DNA of 63,899 bases, counting the filler, from Folioceros fuciformis (lineage: Eukaryota), in the NCBI GenBank assembly GCA_049999805.1. It is 8 parts of 8 records of this genome, joined end to end, with 100 filler letters (N's around TTAATTAATTAA, not from the genome) between each part and the next. Parts side by side here need not be neighbours in the genome. Positions count along the whole stretch, not along the records: positions 1 to 10,307 come from JBNGIO010003180.1; positions 10,408 to 20,414 come from JBNGIO010003181.1; 6 more parts are not named here. The stretch is one strand, 5' to 3'. The notes beneath the pieces were generated by a model. The model had not been told where the DNA came from. It saw only the letters and a list, made by a program, of their open reading frames with translations, and did no database searches. Position 1 is the first letter of the stretch. Each line of letters opens with the position of its first letter. The translations under genes were made by a program, and so were the position numbers. Positions 1 to 11,641 of the stretch are shown piece after piece.

Positions 1-93
1 ATACAATGTAATACAATGATTAATATTGCTATTAATCTTCATTTTCTTATTAATTTAGAAATGTAATCTAAATTTTTCTTATTAATTCAAAAA

Positions 94-105
94 TGATATC
101 AGAGC
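94..105 (+). promoter_or_regulatory. Primer-binding site (initiator tRNA-Met type, one mismatch)
   Basis: TGATATCAGAGC versus canonical TGGTATCAGAGC, 4 nt after the LTR end ...ATTCA. Confidence 0.8.
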
Positions 106-381
106 AATAGATATGCAGGTTGCATTTGATTAATGCACATTGTAAAATGCATTTGAAAAACTTTTGATTTAGAAAAATGCTTTGTCGATAAGAAACTAAA
201 AACATAAAGAATATATTTGTGTCGTTTATTTATATAGAAATTGACGCAATTCCTGGCAAATTAAGGAAGTGATCCTGACGCATCTTTCCTGAATTACTAT
301 ATGAGCAATTTCAGAAGAAATGCGCTAGGACACAACCTAATCTACAGGTAGATTGTCAGAAAACATTTTAAATAAAATACA

Positions 382-1167
382 ATGTCAAAAGAAAACATTT
401 AACAACACAACATCTGGCCTAATGAAGGGCCAACCGTCTGGACAGGCACTAGTGGCAGCTTCGCCATACTGAGCGAATTCCACAAAATCAGAATCGCCGC
501 AGGGCGCAAGGAGCACAAGCTGTAAGAAATATGGTTGCTAAGCAACTTCATCAACACACAACTGAATGGCTCGCCAGGACTAAAAAATCAGCCTGTCCTT
601 GCTCTTGAAGTAAGAGAATCCTTTAATACCTTGATTGAAGCACTCTACCCGGATCAGCGCTACTTGGTAATTGCCCTTCCACCTCAAAACCCTAATAATC
701 CCCCAGAGGTGCGTGTTCAGAGGGCCTTTGATGGAAATGGTCATCACATAGGTTTCCTGACAACACATGTATCACCACCCACCAGTGTTGCACAATTAGT
801 GAACAGAATTGAATGAGATCAGCAACATGTGGATACACATAGTAGCAGCATTATACAAAAAGTGTCTGCTACAAGTGTAGACTTAAGAGACTTACAAGAG
901 CAGATAGGTCGTTTGGATTTCAAACTTCTTATGTTGTTGAAACCAGCCTTGCTTGCTGACCTTGCCCTTAGAGGTGTAGCGTGTAAGAACGCCAAGAAAA
1001 CAAATAAGAAACATATGTTTGGAAGTCCAAATTCATGTCCTTCTTGCTCTATATATGCTTTCAATAAGTGGGAGATTAGAAATCAGAGAATAATCAGTAG
1101 AATACAACAAGAATCAATAGCTATACCTGCAATTGACAGATTGCCAGAAGCTGTCAATATTCTTTGA
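382..1167 (+). pseudogene. Accessory ORF upstream of Copia gag (~261 aa, unknown function)
   Basis: ATG at 382. ORFs 535-816 and 829-1167 lie in the same frame; only three internal stops (TAA 400, TAA 523, TGA 814), each one C>T away from a sense codon. Confidence 0.6.
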
Positions 1168-1282
1168 TTGTGCTGCGTGAGCATCATTCATCTGAAGTCT
1201 TGAGTCCTTCTAACCTCTGCAACAGCCATCATAGAATCTTAGTATCTTGGGAGTAGCTAACCCAAGATACAAAAGAGGAAAA

Positions 1283-4200
1283 ATGTCAGCAGCAGATACC
1301 TCATCCAGTCTAGGTGGGGAAGGGTGTAAAGAAAAGGACAAATTTGGTGGGCAAGATTACGACATATGGGTAATCAGAAGGAGGGGAGCCTTGCAGAATA
1401 AGAAACTCTGGAAGGTCGTCATTGGGGATGATAAGCCCCCAATTGTCTCCACTCCATCCACAACTGCTGAAATAAGGTTACAGGATGCATGGGATGCAAA
1501 AGATGAAGCAGCCATGTTCCTTATCCGAAGTGGTCTTACCTTAGAGATGTTATGACAGACTTCAGGATGTACAAGTTCAGCAGAAATCTGGTCCAGGCTT
1601 CAAGACCTGTATGTAGGCAGCAATCAAACAAGTCAGATGACAACTTTGCGCAATTTACAGCTTTGCAGAATGAAAGATGGGGAATCAATTGAAAAGCACC
1701 TTGGACATTTCAGAACACTTGTGTCTATGCTTGAAAGTGCTTCAAACGAGGTTATAAAGGATGATACAATTACACTTTATTTCCTCATATCCTTACCAGA
1801 ATCTTGGTCACATTTTGTGACCTTTAACGCTTCCAGACTCCAAACTGAGAAACTTGCAAAGGCTTCAAATGTTTCCCTTCCAGAAACTACCTTTGCAGAG
1901 TTAGTGGGAGCTTTACTACAAGAGGAAGCAACAAAGTATCATAATAAACGTTCAAGGAAACAGCAAGCCCTCTATACATCCAACAGAGGACGTGGAGGAG
2001 GAATACCCTATAACAGGGGTGGGGGTAGTACCTCAAGAGGTGGTGGCTCACAAGGACGAGGAGCCAACCTTAGAAAACCAAAAAGGACAGGAAACTGCAA
2101 CTGGTGCAAGCTACCTGGTCACTGGGAGCGTGAGTGCCTGAAAAAGCAAGTTGGTGTTCCTCGCAAGGAAGGTTCAACCAGTGCTAAGACTCACGTGGTT
2201 ATGAAGAAGCAACCAACCCCTTCTGCCTTCACAGTCGGTACAATAGTGTTGACAATAAGTTCATTCTTGTCTCCTGCTTGCCTGTCAGCAAATACAAATG
2301 TTAAGTATACCATTGATTGGTACTTAGACACAGGGGCGTCTGCCCACATTTGCTTAGACAATGGGGCGTTTCAAACGTACAAATCAGTTAAGGATTAGTA
2401 CGTATACCTAGGTGATGACAAATCCCTAGTCTCTCCTAGTCTTGGCACAATAAACCTGCTAGTTCCATCAAGAAATGTGTTAGTACTGCCTGACGTCTAC
2501 TACGTACCAGATATAACACGAAATCTCATCTCAGTCAGAAAGCTAAATATTGACAATTACTGTCACATCTTATTCACTCAAACAAAATGTCAAGTACTAG
2601 ATGCTTTTAATCATAATAAAGTACTTGCCTATGGGTCATCAAATAGAGACTTGTTTTGTCTCCATACAGATAGTAGTGTACCACTCTCAAACTTGACAAA
2701 GAGTGCAACCACTGTGTCTGCACAACAGATAGAAAAGTCAAAGTTGTGGCACTCACGACTAGGCCACCCACATTTAGCAAAGTTACAAAAACTAGCTGTA
2801 AGCGATCTTTACTAGCATGGGCATATTGGTCCTCTAGTACCACTTCCTTCGTGTGAATCCTGTGTTTTTTCCAAGAGACATCAAGCAGCCTTTAAAAACA
2901 AGGCACCACACAAGGCTTCGGATGTCTTGGAACTTGTCCATACAGATTTGTGTGGACCCCTCTCACAGGAGTCTATTGGTGGTGGTAAATACTTCTTGAC
3001 ATTTACAAATGACAAAACAAGGTTTGTCACTACTTACATTTTGAAGTAGAGGAGTGAATGTTTCACTCAGTTTAAGGATTACCTTAAATATGTAGAAAGA
3101 CGGACTGGTAAGCAACTTAAAACTTTAAGATCAAACAATGGGGGAGAGTTTACCTCAAAAGAGTTTCAAGATTACTGTTTGGCTGAGGAAATTGGTCGCC
3201 AGCTCACAGTAGTCTACACTCCACAGCAAAATGGAGTTGCTTAGCATCTTGATCTAACGTTGCAGGAGATAACATCTTCTCTTCTACATCATGCTCAGCT
3301 CCCCCTGCCATATTGGGCAGAAGCCATTATGACATCTACTTATCTTAAAAACAGATTGCCCTCAACTTCAGTTGCAGGACTTACCCCGTATGAAGCCTTC
3401 ATGGGGCGCAAGCCATCCATTCTTCACCTGCGCACCTTTGGCTGTGTAGCATACGCTTTTGTCCCTAAAGAAAAGAGGAAAAAGCTATCAAACAAGGCAT
3501 GTAAGCTTCTGATGTTAGGCTACACAGAGGGTATTAAGGCATATAAACTTTATGATGTCCCTAAAAATAAAGTAATATATGCCAGAAGTGTCACCTTTGA
3601 TGGAGGTAGCACTTGGGCATCAGTGGGAGTTTCTCAAGATCCCCCTCTTGATGATGATGACATAATTGTGCTTCACGATTCACATTTTGATCAAACTGAT
3701 CATGGGACTCAAGTTGTTCCTGCTAAGGATGTTGCCCCTGTGGGTGGGGATGATCCGACTGATGATCTTGTTGATGATTTAGTAGGTTTTGAACTTGTTG
3801 GTCTTGAAGACGCAGCTGCACAACCTGCACATCCAGATGCACCTGACAATCATCAGGATCAACAGGATCACCATCCTCCAAACAAGATATTGAGAATGAA
3901 CCTACCTTAGATATTGAGATTGACCGTACCTTAGATGCTGAAGAACCATCTCCAGTTGTTGAAGAACCAGCTAGAAGGTATCCGTCTTGTCATAGACAAC
4001 CTCCTGATTATTACCGTGCTCTAGACTTTCGTGTTTCTTCTTCCTATGTGACAATCAATGCTACAACCTCTCTGGACCCCATTGAACCTCACTCCTATGA
4101 AGAGGCATTGAGTAGACCTGATCATAGAGAATGGGAAAAAGCAATTCAATCTGAGTATGACTCCTTGATGGAGAATGGAACATGGGAGCTTGTGGAATTA

Positions 4201-5657
4201 CCTCCAGATAGAAAACTGGTTTCATGCAAATGGGTGTTTAAACTAAAAGTTAAGGCAGATGGTACCTTCAACAGGTATAAAGCTCGTTTGGTGGCGAGGG
4301 GTTTCTCCCAAGTCCCTGGCTTGGACTACCTTGAAACCTTTTCTCCAATTGTAAAGCTATCCACACTACGAATTATCCTTGCCATATCCACACGTTACGA
4401 TTATGAGTTACAAATGTATGATGTCAAAACAGCCTTCTTGTATAGCAAATTAGACATTGAAATATACATGCAGTAGCCACCAGGATACGAAGTGAAGGGA
4501 AAGGAAAACCATGCTTGCAGACTGATCAAGTACATATATGGTTCGAAGCAATCAACTATGAAGTGGAATGCTGCCTTAGACACAGAACTACTAAAACTTG
4601 GATTTACTAAGAGACAGGCTAGGCTAACAGTGGTTTATACATACACCTAAAAGGAGAAGTTATATGCTATATGGTAGTGTACATGGACGATGTAATCCTA
4701 TCCAGTAACAGCCAGGCTTTCATTACAAGCATTACATATGTGTTAGCTACAAAGTTCAAGATGTCCTGCTTTAGAACCCTTACAAATCTGTCTTGGCATA
4801 CACATTAAAAAAAACAGGAAAACACGTGTTATGACTTTGACTCAACTACGTTACCTTCTTGATTGTGCTGAGTAATTTGGTCTTAAGGACGCAAATCCTG
4901 CATCAATACCCATGTCAGCTGGTCAGAAGCTAAGTAAAATGATGTCACCTTCTACTCGTAATGAGAAAGAGTAGATGAAAGGCATACCTTACAGATAGGG
5001 CATTGGCAAGCTAATATATGCAAGCAGCAAAACAAGGCTTGAAATAACATATACTACAAGTGTACTTTCACAATTCCTGGAAAACCCAGGACTGGAACAC
5101 TGGACAAGCCTTAAACGTGTCTTTAGATACCTGAAAGGCATAGCCAACATGGGAATTACATATAAATATCAGACTGGAAAAGTATTGGACCTTGAAGTCT
5201 TCACAAACTCTTACTATGCTGGTGATATTGATAGTAGAAAATCAGTGTCAGGCTATGTGATCTCAATCGCTGCAGGACCAGTATGCTGGTCAAGCAAAAA
5301 GCAACCAAATGTGGCTTTATCTTCAATAGAAGCGGAGTATCACGTTCTGATTGCAGCAGCCAAGAAAATAGTGTGGTGTAAGTTACTTTCAAAGAGCTGG
5401 GAATATCAATTCCAACTTGCACGTCTATCCACACAGACAATCAAGGTTCGATGGCTTTAGCTAAGAATCCAGTATTCCACGCACGCACGAAACACATTGA
5501 AGTTGAATATCACTATATAAGAGGACTTGTAGCAGATTGCAAACTTGAGCTTCAATATGTCCCAACACAAGAGAACCCGGCTGACATACTCACTAAAGCA
5601 CTGAGCATAGATGCTCACTACAAGCACATCCATCATCTTGGCATGGGAGAGGAATAA
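1283..5657 (+). pseudogene. Copia gag-pol pseudogene
   Basis: Gag N-terminus KFGGQDYDIW; zinc knuckle CNWCKLPGHWEREC; protease WYLDTGASAH; LWHSRLGHP; integrase HTDLCGP and YWAEA; RT CKWVFKLK/YKARLVARG; RNase H HARTKHIEVEYHYIR, ADILTKAL. Many stops and frameshifts. Confidence 0.95.
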
Positions 5658-5849
5658 GCTCTCTCATCCAGCTCAGTTTAAACTAGAACCTAGTTCTTAA
5701 ACTCCGGTCTGCCACAACCATAAAAAAACAGTAGTGTATCCAAAGTCTATTTTGTCTCCAGACTGCAAGGATTTGGAAGTAGACTCATCTTGGATGCAGT
5801 ATGGGTTGTGACGGCTACCGAGTGACAGTCCTCTAGAGGGACCTGATTA

Positions 5850-6531
5850 GTTTCTTTTCTTGGATGGTGCTTCCTCAACTTTCTGCTTAGCCTCTTCTTT
5901 GATCCTCTCAGTGGACTCTACACACACATCAAGAAACAAAACCATAGGTCAGCAATCCCTCTTCTGGAAGTTATGAGCAATAGAACCTAGTATGGTGAAA
6001 AGATGCAAGAACCAGCAACTTACTATAGGTGCTGACAACATGAGCAGAGATGAAGCTGCACTCTCTAACTTTCACGCACTTCATCGTCAGTTCCGTGAGC
6101 CCAACCCAAACTTTGTACCAGATTGGCGAGCATGGACGCCTCAGGGAGTCATAGCTCACAATATGAGTTTTCGCATTGCTGTGCAAAGGCTTGGGAAACT
6201 TCACAGGTGCAAGGCGGGTGGAGTCGTTATCAAAGTAGGCAAAATCCAGGTTTATGACCATGACCTTAAAGGTATACTCAGCTTTGGGTGATGGAGGAGG
6301 GGACGAAGCGCCCATATTTTGGCAAGCTTTGAAGCCTTCGATCTTACGCCGCTCCAGAACTTCTTTCGTTGTTCCTTTCGGCCTTCCAACACCTTGCTTG
6401 CTGCTGGAAGCCTTGTCCTTCACACCTGCCTCAATCTTGGTAGTTGTCCTAGGCGCAAATATGCCTAGAGCATCGTGCTGGTAGCAGCGGTCTTTGGGAG
6501 CAGCATCAGAATCAAAACTAGAAGATGCCAT
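5850..6531 (-). pseudogene. Antisense accessory ORF between RNase H and the 3' LTR
   Basis: Open from ATG 6531 to 5971 with an AT-hook-like KQGVGRPKGTTK and SSPPPSPK; a shifted frame continues with a charged segment (ERIKEEAKQKVEEAPSKKRN) to ~5850. Confidence 0.45.
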
Positions 6532-7053
6532 GATCAACAGGAGGTGCGTGATTCTATGCCTTAACAACTCAGAGAATACTTGGGAAATGAACAGACTGAA
6601 CGTTATGTAGGCGGTGGACTTCATTATTGCTGTCTGTACACTGGAGCTGGTACTCTGAGATACCATCTTGATTCACCGTGACTTGAAAGGTGGAGCGTAA
6701 CTAAGTACCGAAAGTTGTTGCCTATGTATCCTGAAGATTAAAGACAACCCAATTGAATTCACAGTTCACGAGCAGCACATAGCCGACCCTGAAGACTGAA
6801 CATGCAAATGAATCATGACCAACAAGTGGGAGTAAAGGAGTAGATGTGTTGGAATCATGATTAGGGTCAATATATTAAGTTATTTTAAAGGGTCATAGCT
6901 TTTCGCTAGGGTTACACCTTTTCATAAAGACATGACTTTTGGTTTATACAAAAACCCAATATGAACTTAATATATGTATTCTTTACATATATAGAGATAC
7001 AATGTAATACAATGATTAATATTGCTATTAATTTGCATTTTCTTATTAATTCA

Positions 7054-8151
7054 GAAAAGGAGCAGGAGACAACCGCAGTGGAGAAGGTCCAGAAGTTCGC
7101 GAATCGTTACAAACGGGAACGAGATGGGGCCCGGAGCCGAGTCAAGGGGAAAGGGAAAGTCAAATGGAGCAGCAAGTCTACGACCGAGGTAGCGGAAGCC
7201 GCTACCGGTCGGAGAGAACCCACGCGAGTAGAAGAAAGCCCTACTAAGGTTGGGGAAGCAGCAACAGTCGTGGAACCAGCAACTGGGGTGGTTAGAATGC
7301 CCACCCGTGCCAAGAGGACCGGACTGGAGATGACGACAGCTAGAGGGACAAAGGGCTCTCTAGCACCCTTAGAAAGCAGAAGACAAATAGTCAGGGGTAG
7401 CCCACTGGAGGAGGGGGTCAACACCTCATCTGTAGCAGGAGGCTAGATTGTATCAAAGCACATGGATGAGGAGTCTTATATTCCTGGCCTCTATGTGAAT
7501 GGGGATATTCACATAAGGACCATGAAGTCTTATGGAGATATTCACATGAAGACCGGACTGGAGACGGCGGACATGGTCTTATATCCCTAGCCTCTATGTG
7601 AATAGGGACTTTGTACTCAACCTTACTGTCCATATGCATATGGGAATAGTAGGGATGAGGGCCTACCGTTTGCAATTGAGGACCCGTAGGGAATGCTTCT
7701 CCTATTGCTTCTGAGTATGGGGGTTGACCCCTTGTTATTCGGAGGCAATTTTGGAGGAGCTCACCGAAGAAGAGGCATAGGCCTGGGTGGAGCAGGAGCC
7801 CGTAATGGTCCTTAGCAACAGGTGACCGGGAGGAGGAGAGGGGACTCCTCTGCAGACCCCACCCATGCTTAAGTAGGAGAAGTCAGGTAGTAATGAAAGC
7901 GAGGCAAAGGTTTTATGGGAGGACTTGCCTGACCAATAGAGGGGGAGGAGAGCCCGAGGATTTGGCGGCTGAGGAAGAAGGATGCGAAGGCCGGATAGGA
8001 GGCGAGTGTGGCGTTGAGATAGGCCAAAATTTATTGCATCTTAAAATAGAGCTTAGTTAAGATTTGATGAAGATGTTGTCTTGGACCTGATGCCGCTCGC
8101 AATTAAGAGCACTCTACAACTTGACTGTTTAGACTAGACTTTATGGTGGGC
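7054..8151 (+). mobile_element. Probable internal region of an older (Gypsy-like) element interrupted by the Copia
   Basis: Low-complexity charged ORF tail at 7054-7446 begins at the Copia LTR end and the region abuts the LTR-like repeat at 8152. No diagnostic domain. Confidence 0.3.
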
Positions 8152-9481
8152 TGTAACCCCATCTTTGAACTCGTTGTACAAAGAGGCCTATTGGGGCCTC
8201 ACTAATCAGCCAATGTTGGACACACTCCTTGGTTGCGATCCCGAGCTGCCAAGGAGGGTAGCGTGCGCGAGAAGCTCCTAGGGAGAGTCGCGATGCATTG
8301 CTCCGCGACCGGTGGTGAGGGGGACGAATCCACGAGAACCGCGGCACGGGAGGTTTCTCCTCCCCTATTCCCAGAGTCACTTTTCGTGATCGTAATTGGG
8401 GTGTGTGTGCAGAACTGTCTTCTAGTTCAGATCCCCACACTGCCAAGGAGGGTAGCGTGCACGAGAAGCTCCTAGAAGGAGTCAGGGACAGCTCTGTGAC
8501 GGGGGTGTGAGGGGGATGAATCCACGAGAACCATGGTACGAGAGGATTTCTCCTTCCTTATTCCCCAAGCTAACTGCTACGATCTGAAATCCAAATCGGG
8601 TGGCGTGTGAGTGAGACGAGTGAGTTGAGTGAGTCGAGAAGGGTTGAGAAGAGAAGCAGCGAAGGAGAGAAGTGTGTCCAAGCACTGAATGCGATGCAAG
8701 GTGTGCGGCAAGAGATTGAGATAGAGATGAAGAACTAATTGAACTAATTGGAAAACTGTACAAGATTGTTGAGAGACTAAGAAAGGTTGTGGAAGATCGT
8801 TGGCTATTGGGAAAGATTTCTGGGAGGTTTTTGAGAGCTCTCTGGTCGTTTGCGGGAGATTGCCGAAGATTGTTGAAGAGTGAGAGAGATTGCTAAGGAT
8901 TTGAGGCTATTGCTTAGGGAAATTGAAAGTATTCAAAACCCGATATGGAAGAAACGATTGCGCATCGGGACTATGTGTGTGTGTGTGTGTGGTTAATACT
9001 CGCGGCTGTGAGAACGTGTGTGGTTGACCCACGGCAACCAGTCCCCCAGAGGTTGGCCACCGCATGTGTGGTTAGCATTCAGTAAGACCAAATTTGTGAG
9101 TCTAGGAGCTTGGGGGCGAGCTTCCAGGGTGGAAACCCGCGGCGGCGCAGACGACAAAGCATATTAGGGTTTTGGGTGGGACTCACCACGGTTGTGGAGG
9201 TTACTACCGGTTGTGGAGTCGAAGGCTACAATCGTGGACAAGGAACCAGGGTCGTCGGATAGGGTCCGTGATAGCTGGATCACCTGAGGGTAGTAGTAGT
9301 GGAGCTAGTAGGTAGTAGAGACGGTAGTGGATGAGACCCGACCTAGGTAAGAGTCGGTAGTAGTAGAAGCCAATGTTACTTGGCACAAATCATTCCCTTG
9401 GGAGCGAATCCCACGACTACAACGACATACAAGGTAAGTGTGGACCTCACGGTATCCCTAGATACAACATTTAACTCCACA
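8152..9481. repeat. LTR-like repeat, family W (~1.3 kb)
   Basis: TGTAACCCC...CTCCACA termini; internal ~195-bp duplication (~8246-8400 vs ~8440-8590); right end homologous to 48516-48609. Confidence 0.55.
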
Positions 9482-9499
9482 TATCACATCTAGGATAAC

Positions 9500-9646
9500 C
9501 CGCTCCTTAAACTCTAGTGGTAGGTAAGCCCTTTCACACCTAGAAGAAGCAGCTCCTTCGACTCTAGTGGTAGGTATGCCCTTTCACACCCAAGAGAGGC
9601 AACTTCTTCCAGTCTAGTGGTAAGCAGGCCCTTTCAACCCTAAGAC
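9500..9646. repeat. ~50-bp tandem repeat, about 3 copies
   Basis: TCTAGTGGTAGGTAAGCCCTTTCACACC-like core repeated three times. Confidence 0.8.
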
Positions 9647-10307
9647 TATAGGGTTATTAAAGCCCAATGTGCTTAGACTAATGTGTTTAGTCTAAGATTA
9701 GTATTTAGTTAAGTATCATTAGTTTAGATTAGCTTAAGCTAATGTGTAGGAAGCTTCTTGCGCAACTTCCTATGCGCTTCTTGTGAAGCTTCCTAGGGAG
9801 CTCTTCTAAAGGGTATAAATACCCCCTTGAGCTCCCTTGCATATTGAGACTCTATTGAGAGAGTGTGACCTCTCTTTCTCCTCTCCTCCTTGCCTCCTCC
9901 TCTCCTCTCCTTCACCATGCTCCTCTAGCTATCCTTCAAGTGGTATCAAAGCTCAGGTTGTGGAATTTGGATTGTGGAGCAAGAATGATGGCTCGGGTTG
10001 CTGCGGACAAGATGCACAAGGTCGAAGTGAGCACGCTGCTGTGTACAAGGGTCTCCAATCTACCTGCAGTGTGGAGCAGGAGCCGGAACCGGAGACCCGA
10101 CCGCGGACACATTGGAGAGACATCGTAGGGCGTAGAGGGCACCTCGGGCGAAAGAAGCACAAGGCCAGCCAGGCCGGGGCGCCAGGCAGCACGGGCGCGG
10201 AGTGCCCCATGCGCCTAGCCCGCGGGGAGGGCAAGCAGACCCGGCATAGCGGGGCGCCGGGTTGCCAGGCCCCGAGGCTCCTGGGGCACGGGCGGGCAGT
10301 TCAAATC
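9647..10307 (+). mobile_element. Copia 5' LTR (9647-9938), PBS (9941-9952) and start of internal region
   Basis: LTR matches the reverse complement of 31281-31558; TGGTATCAAAGC follows ...TTCA. Confidence 0.85.
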
Positions 10308-10407
10308 NNNNNNNNNNNNNNNNNNNNNNNNNNNNNNNNNNNNNNNNNNNNTTAATTAATTAANNNNNNNNNNNNNNNNNNNNNNNNNNNNNNNNNNNNN
10401 NNNNNNN
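10308..10407. other. Artificial contig-joining spacer (also 20415-20514, 31949-32048, 40334-40433, 50158-50257, 59410-59509, 62097-62196)
   Basis: Identical 44N-TTAATTAATTAA-44N blocks; the 12-mer places stop codons in all six frames. Confidence 0.97.
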
Positions 10408-11641
10408 TTACCTTTGTACTTGGTGTTCAACTAATCAGAGACCGCGGCAATAAGACTCTTATTCTGCATCAATCTAAATATATCAATGAGACCTTGAAGC
10501 GTTTCAATCTGGACAAAGCAAAACCTGTTAGCACACCAGGGGTTGTAGTTTTCAAGCTGACCTCACAGCAGTCACCACAAAGTGAAGAAGAGCAACAGGC
10601 CATGATGGATGTTCCATACAGGCATGCTGTAGGATGCCTTAATTACATTGCTTGCTGGACATGGCCTAACATTCAACATGCCGTTAGTTCAGTGTCCCAA
10701 TTTTTGGAAAAACCTGGTAAAGATCATTGGAGTGCAGTCAAGCGTGTAATGCGATATCTTAGAGGAACTTCAACTTGTGGTCTCTGCTATCGGCTTGGCT
10801 CACCTGATTCAGATTTCACACTCGTTGGGTATGCCGACGCCGATTGGGCCACAGACCCTGAAACCCGTCGGAGTTTGTCAGCCTACTGCTTCTTCTTATC
10901 TGGAGCTGTTGTAAATTGGAGCTCAAAGAAACAAGTATCCGTGGCCTTGTCCTCCACGGAAGCCGAGTATAAGGCTCTTACAGACTCTGCTAAGGAGGCA
11001 GAGTGGGAGCGTAGTTTCTTGGCTGGCCTCTTGTTTCCACAAGCACAACCCACAACGGTGTTTTGTGATAATCAGTCTACCATTGCTTTGGTTGGAAACC
11101 CGCGTTTCCATGCCCGCACAAAACACATTGAAATTCAGCATCATTTTGTGCGACACTCCGTTGAAAGGCAAATTGTCAAGATTTCTTATGTATCAACAGA
11201 TTTCAATGTTGCTGACCTACTTACCAAGGCCTTGCCGACATCCAAGCATTCTTTCTTTCGTGATTAGATGGGGCTTGTGGATTATGTTGGCTTTGCCTCT
11301 CAACAGGTTTTGGACTCTTGACTTGCTTCATGTCCGGCGCATCAGGCTCTCGCGGATGAAGCTCCTTTGTTGTATTTAATCGCGATTTCCTGCTGCTTGT
11401 TTGACCGTGGCTGTGTGACGTGTCCTCCGAACTGCGTTAGTCTGTCGTGGTTAAGGGGGTGTGTTAAGAGACCTACCAGGTCTTGGTAACCACGTCATTA
11501 GATTAGGGTTGATAATATATTTACCATAATTAGCCTTGATTAATTAGCCCTAATATGAAGAGACACTTCACTTACGTATTTAAACATTTTTGTTAATTGT
11601 AATGTATTATTCTTTTGCCTACCATTGTTCTGATTTTCTCA
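10408..11641 (+). mobile_element. Copia 3' part: RT-RNase H, PPT, 3' LTR
   Basis: GYADADWA, WSSKKQ, ALSSTEAEY, CDNQS, ADLLTKAL to 11267; PPT AAGGGGGTG; LTR 11462-11641 (TG...CA). Confidence 0.9.

Larger units (their letters stand above)
1..7053 (+). mobile_element. Near-complete degenerate Ty1/Copia LTR retrotransposon with accessory ORFs
   Basis: The 5' LTR remnant at 1-89 matches the end of the 3' LTR (~6847-7053, TGTTGG...TTCA). PBS-like TGATATCAGAGC at 94-105, purine tract at ~6824-6844, gag-pol between them. Confidence 0.9.

Noticed and set aside
8152-9481. Real tRNA or 5S rRNA (Cassandra-like) inside the LTR-like repeats
   Set aside because: Only a T-arm-like stem-loop is visible; no cloverleaf or 5S similarity could be supported.
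10308-10407. Recurrent TTAATTAATTAA palindrome flanked by Ns as a biological motif
   Set aside because: Identical 100-bp artificial spacer. ORFs running into it (9837, 31815, 61648, 62145) have artefactual ends, and cross-gap synteny is unproven.
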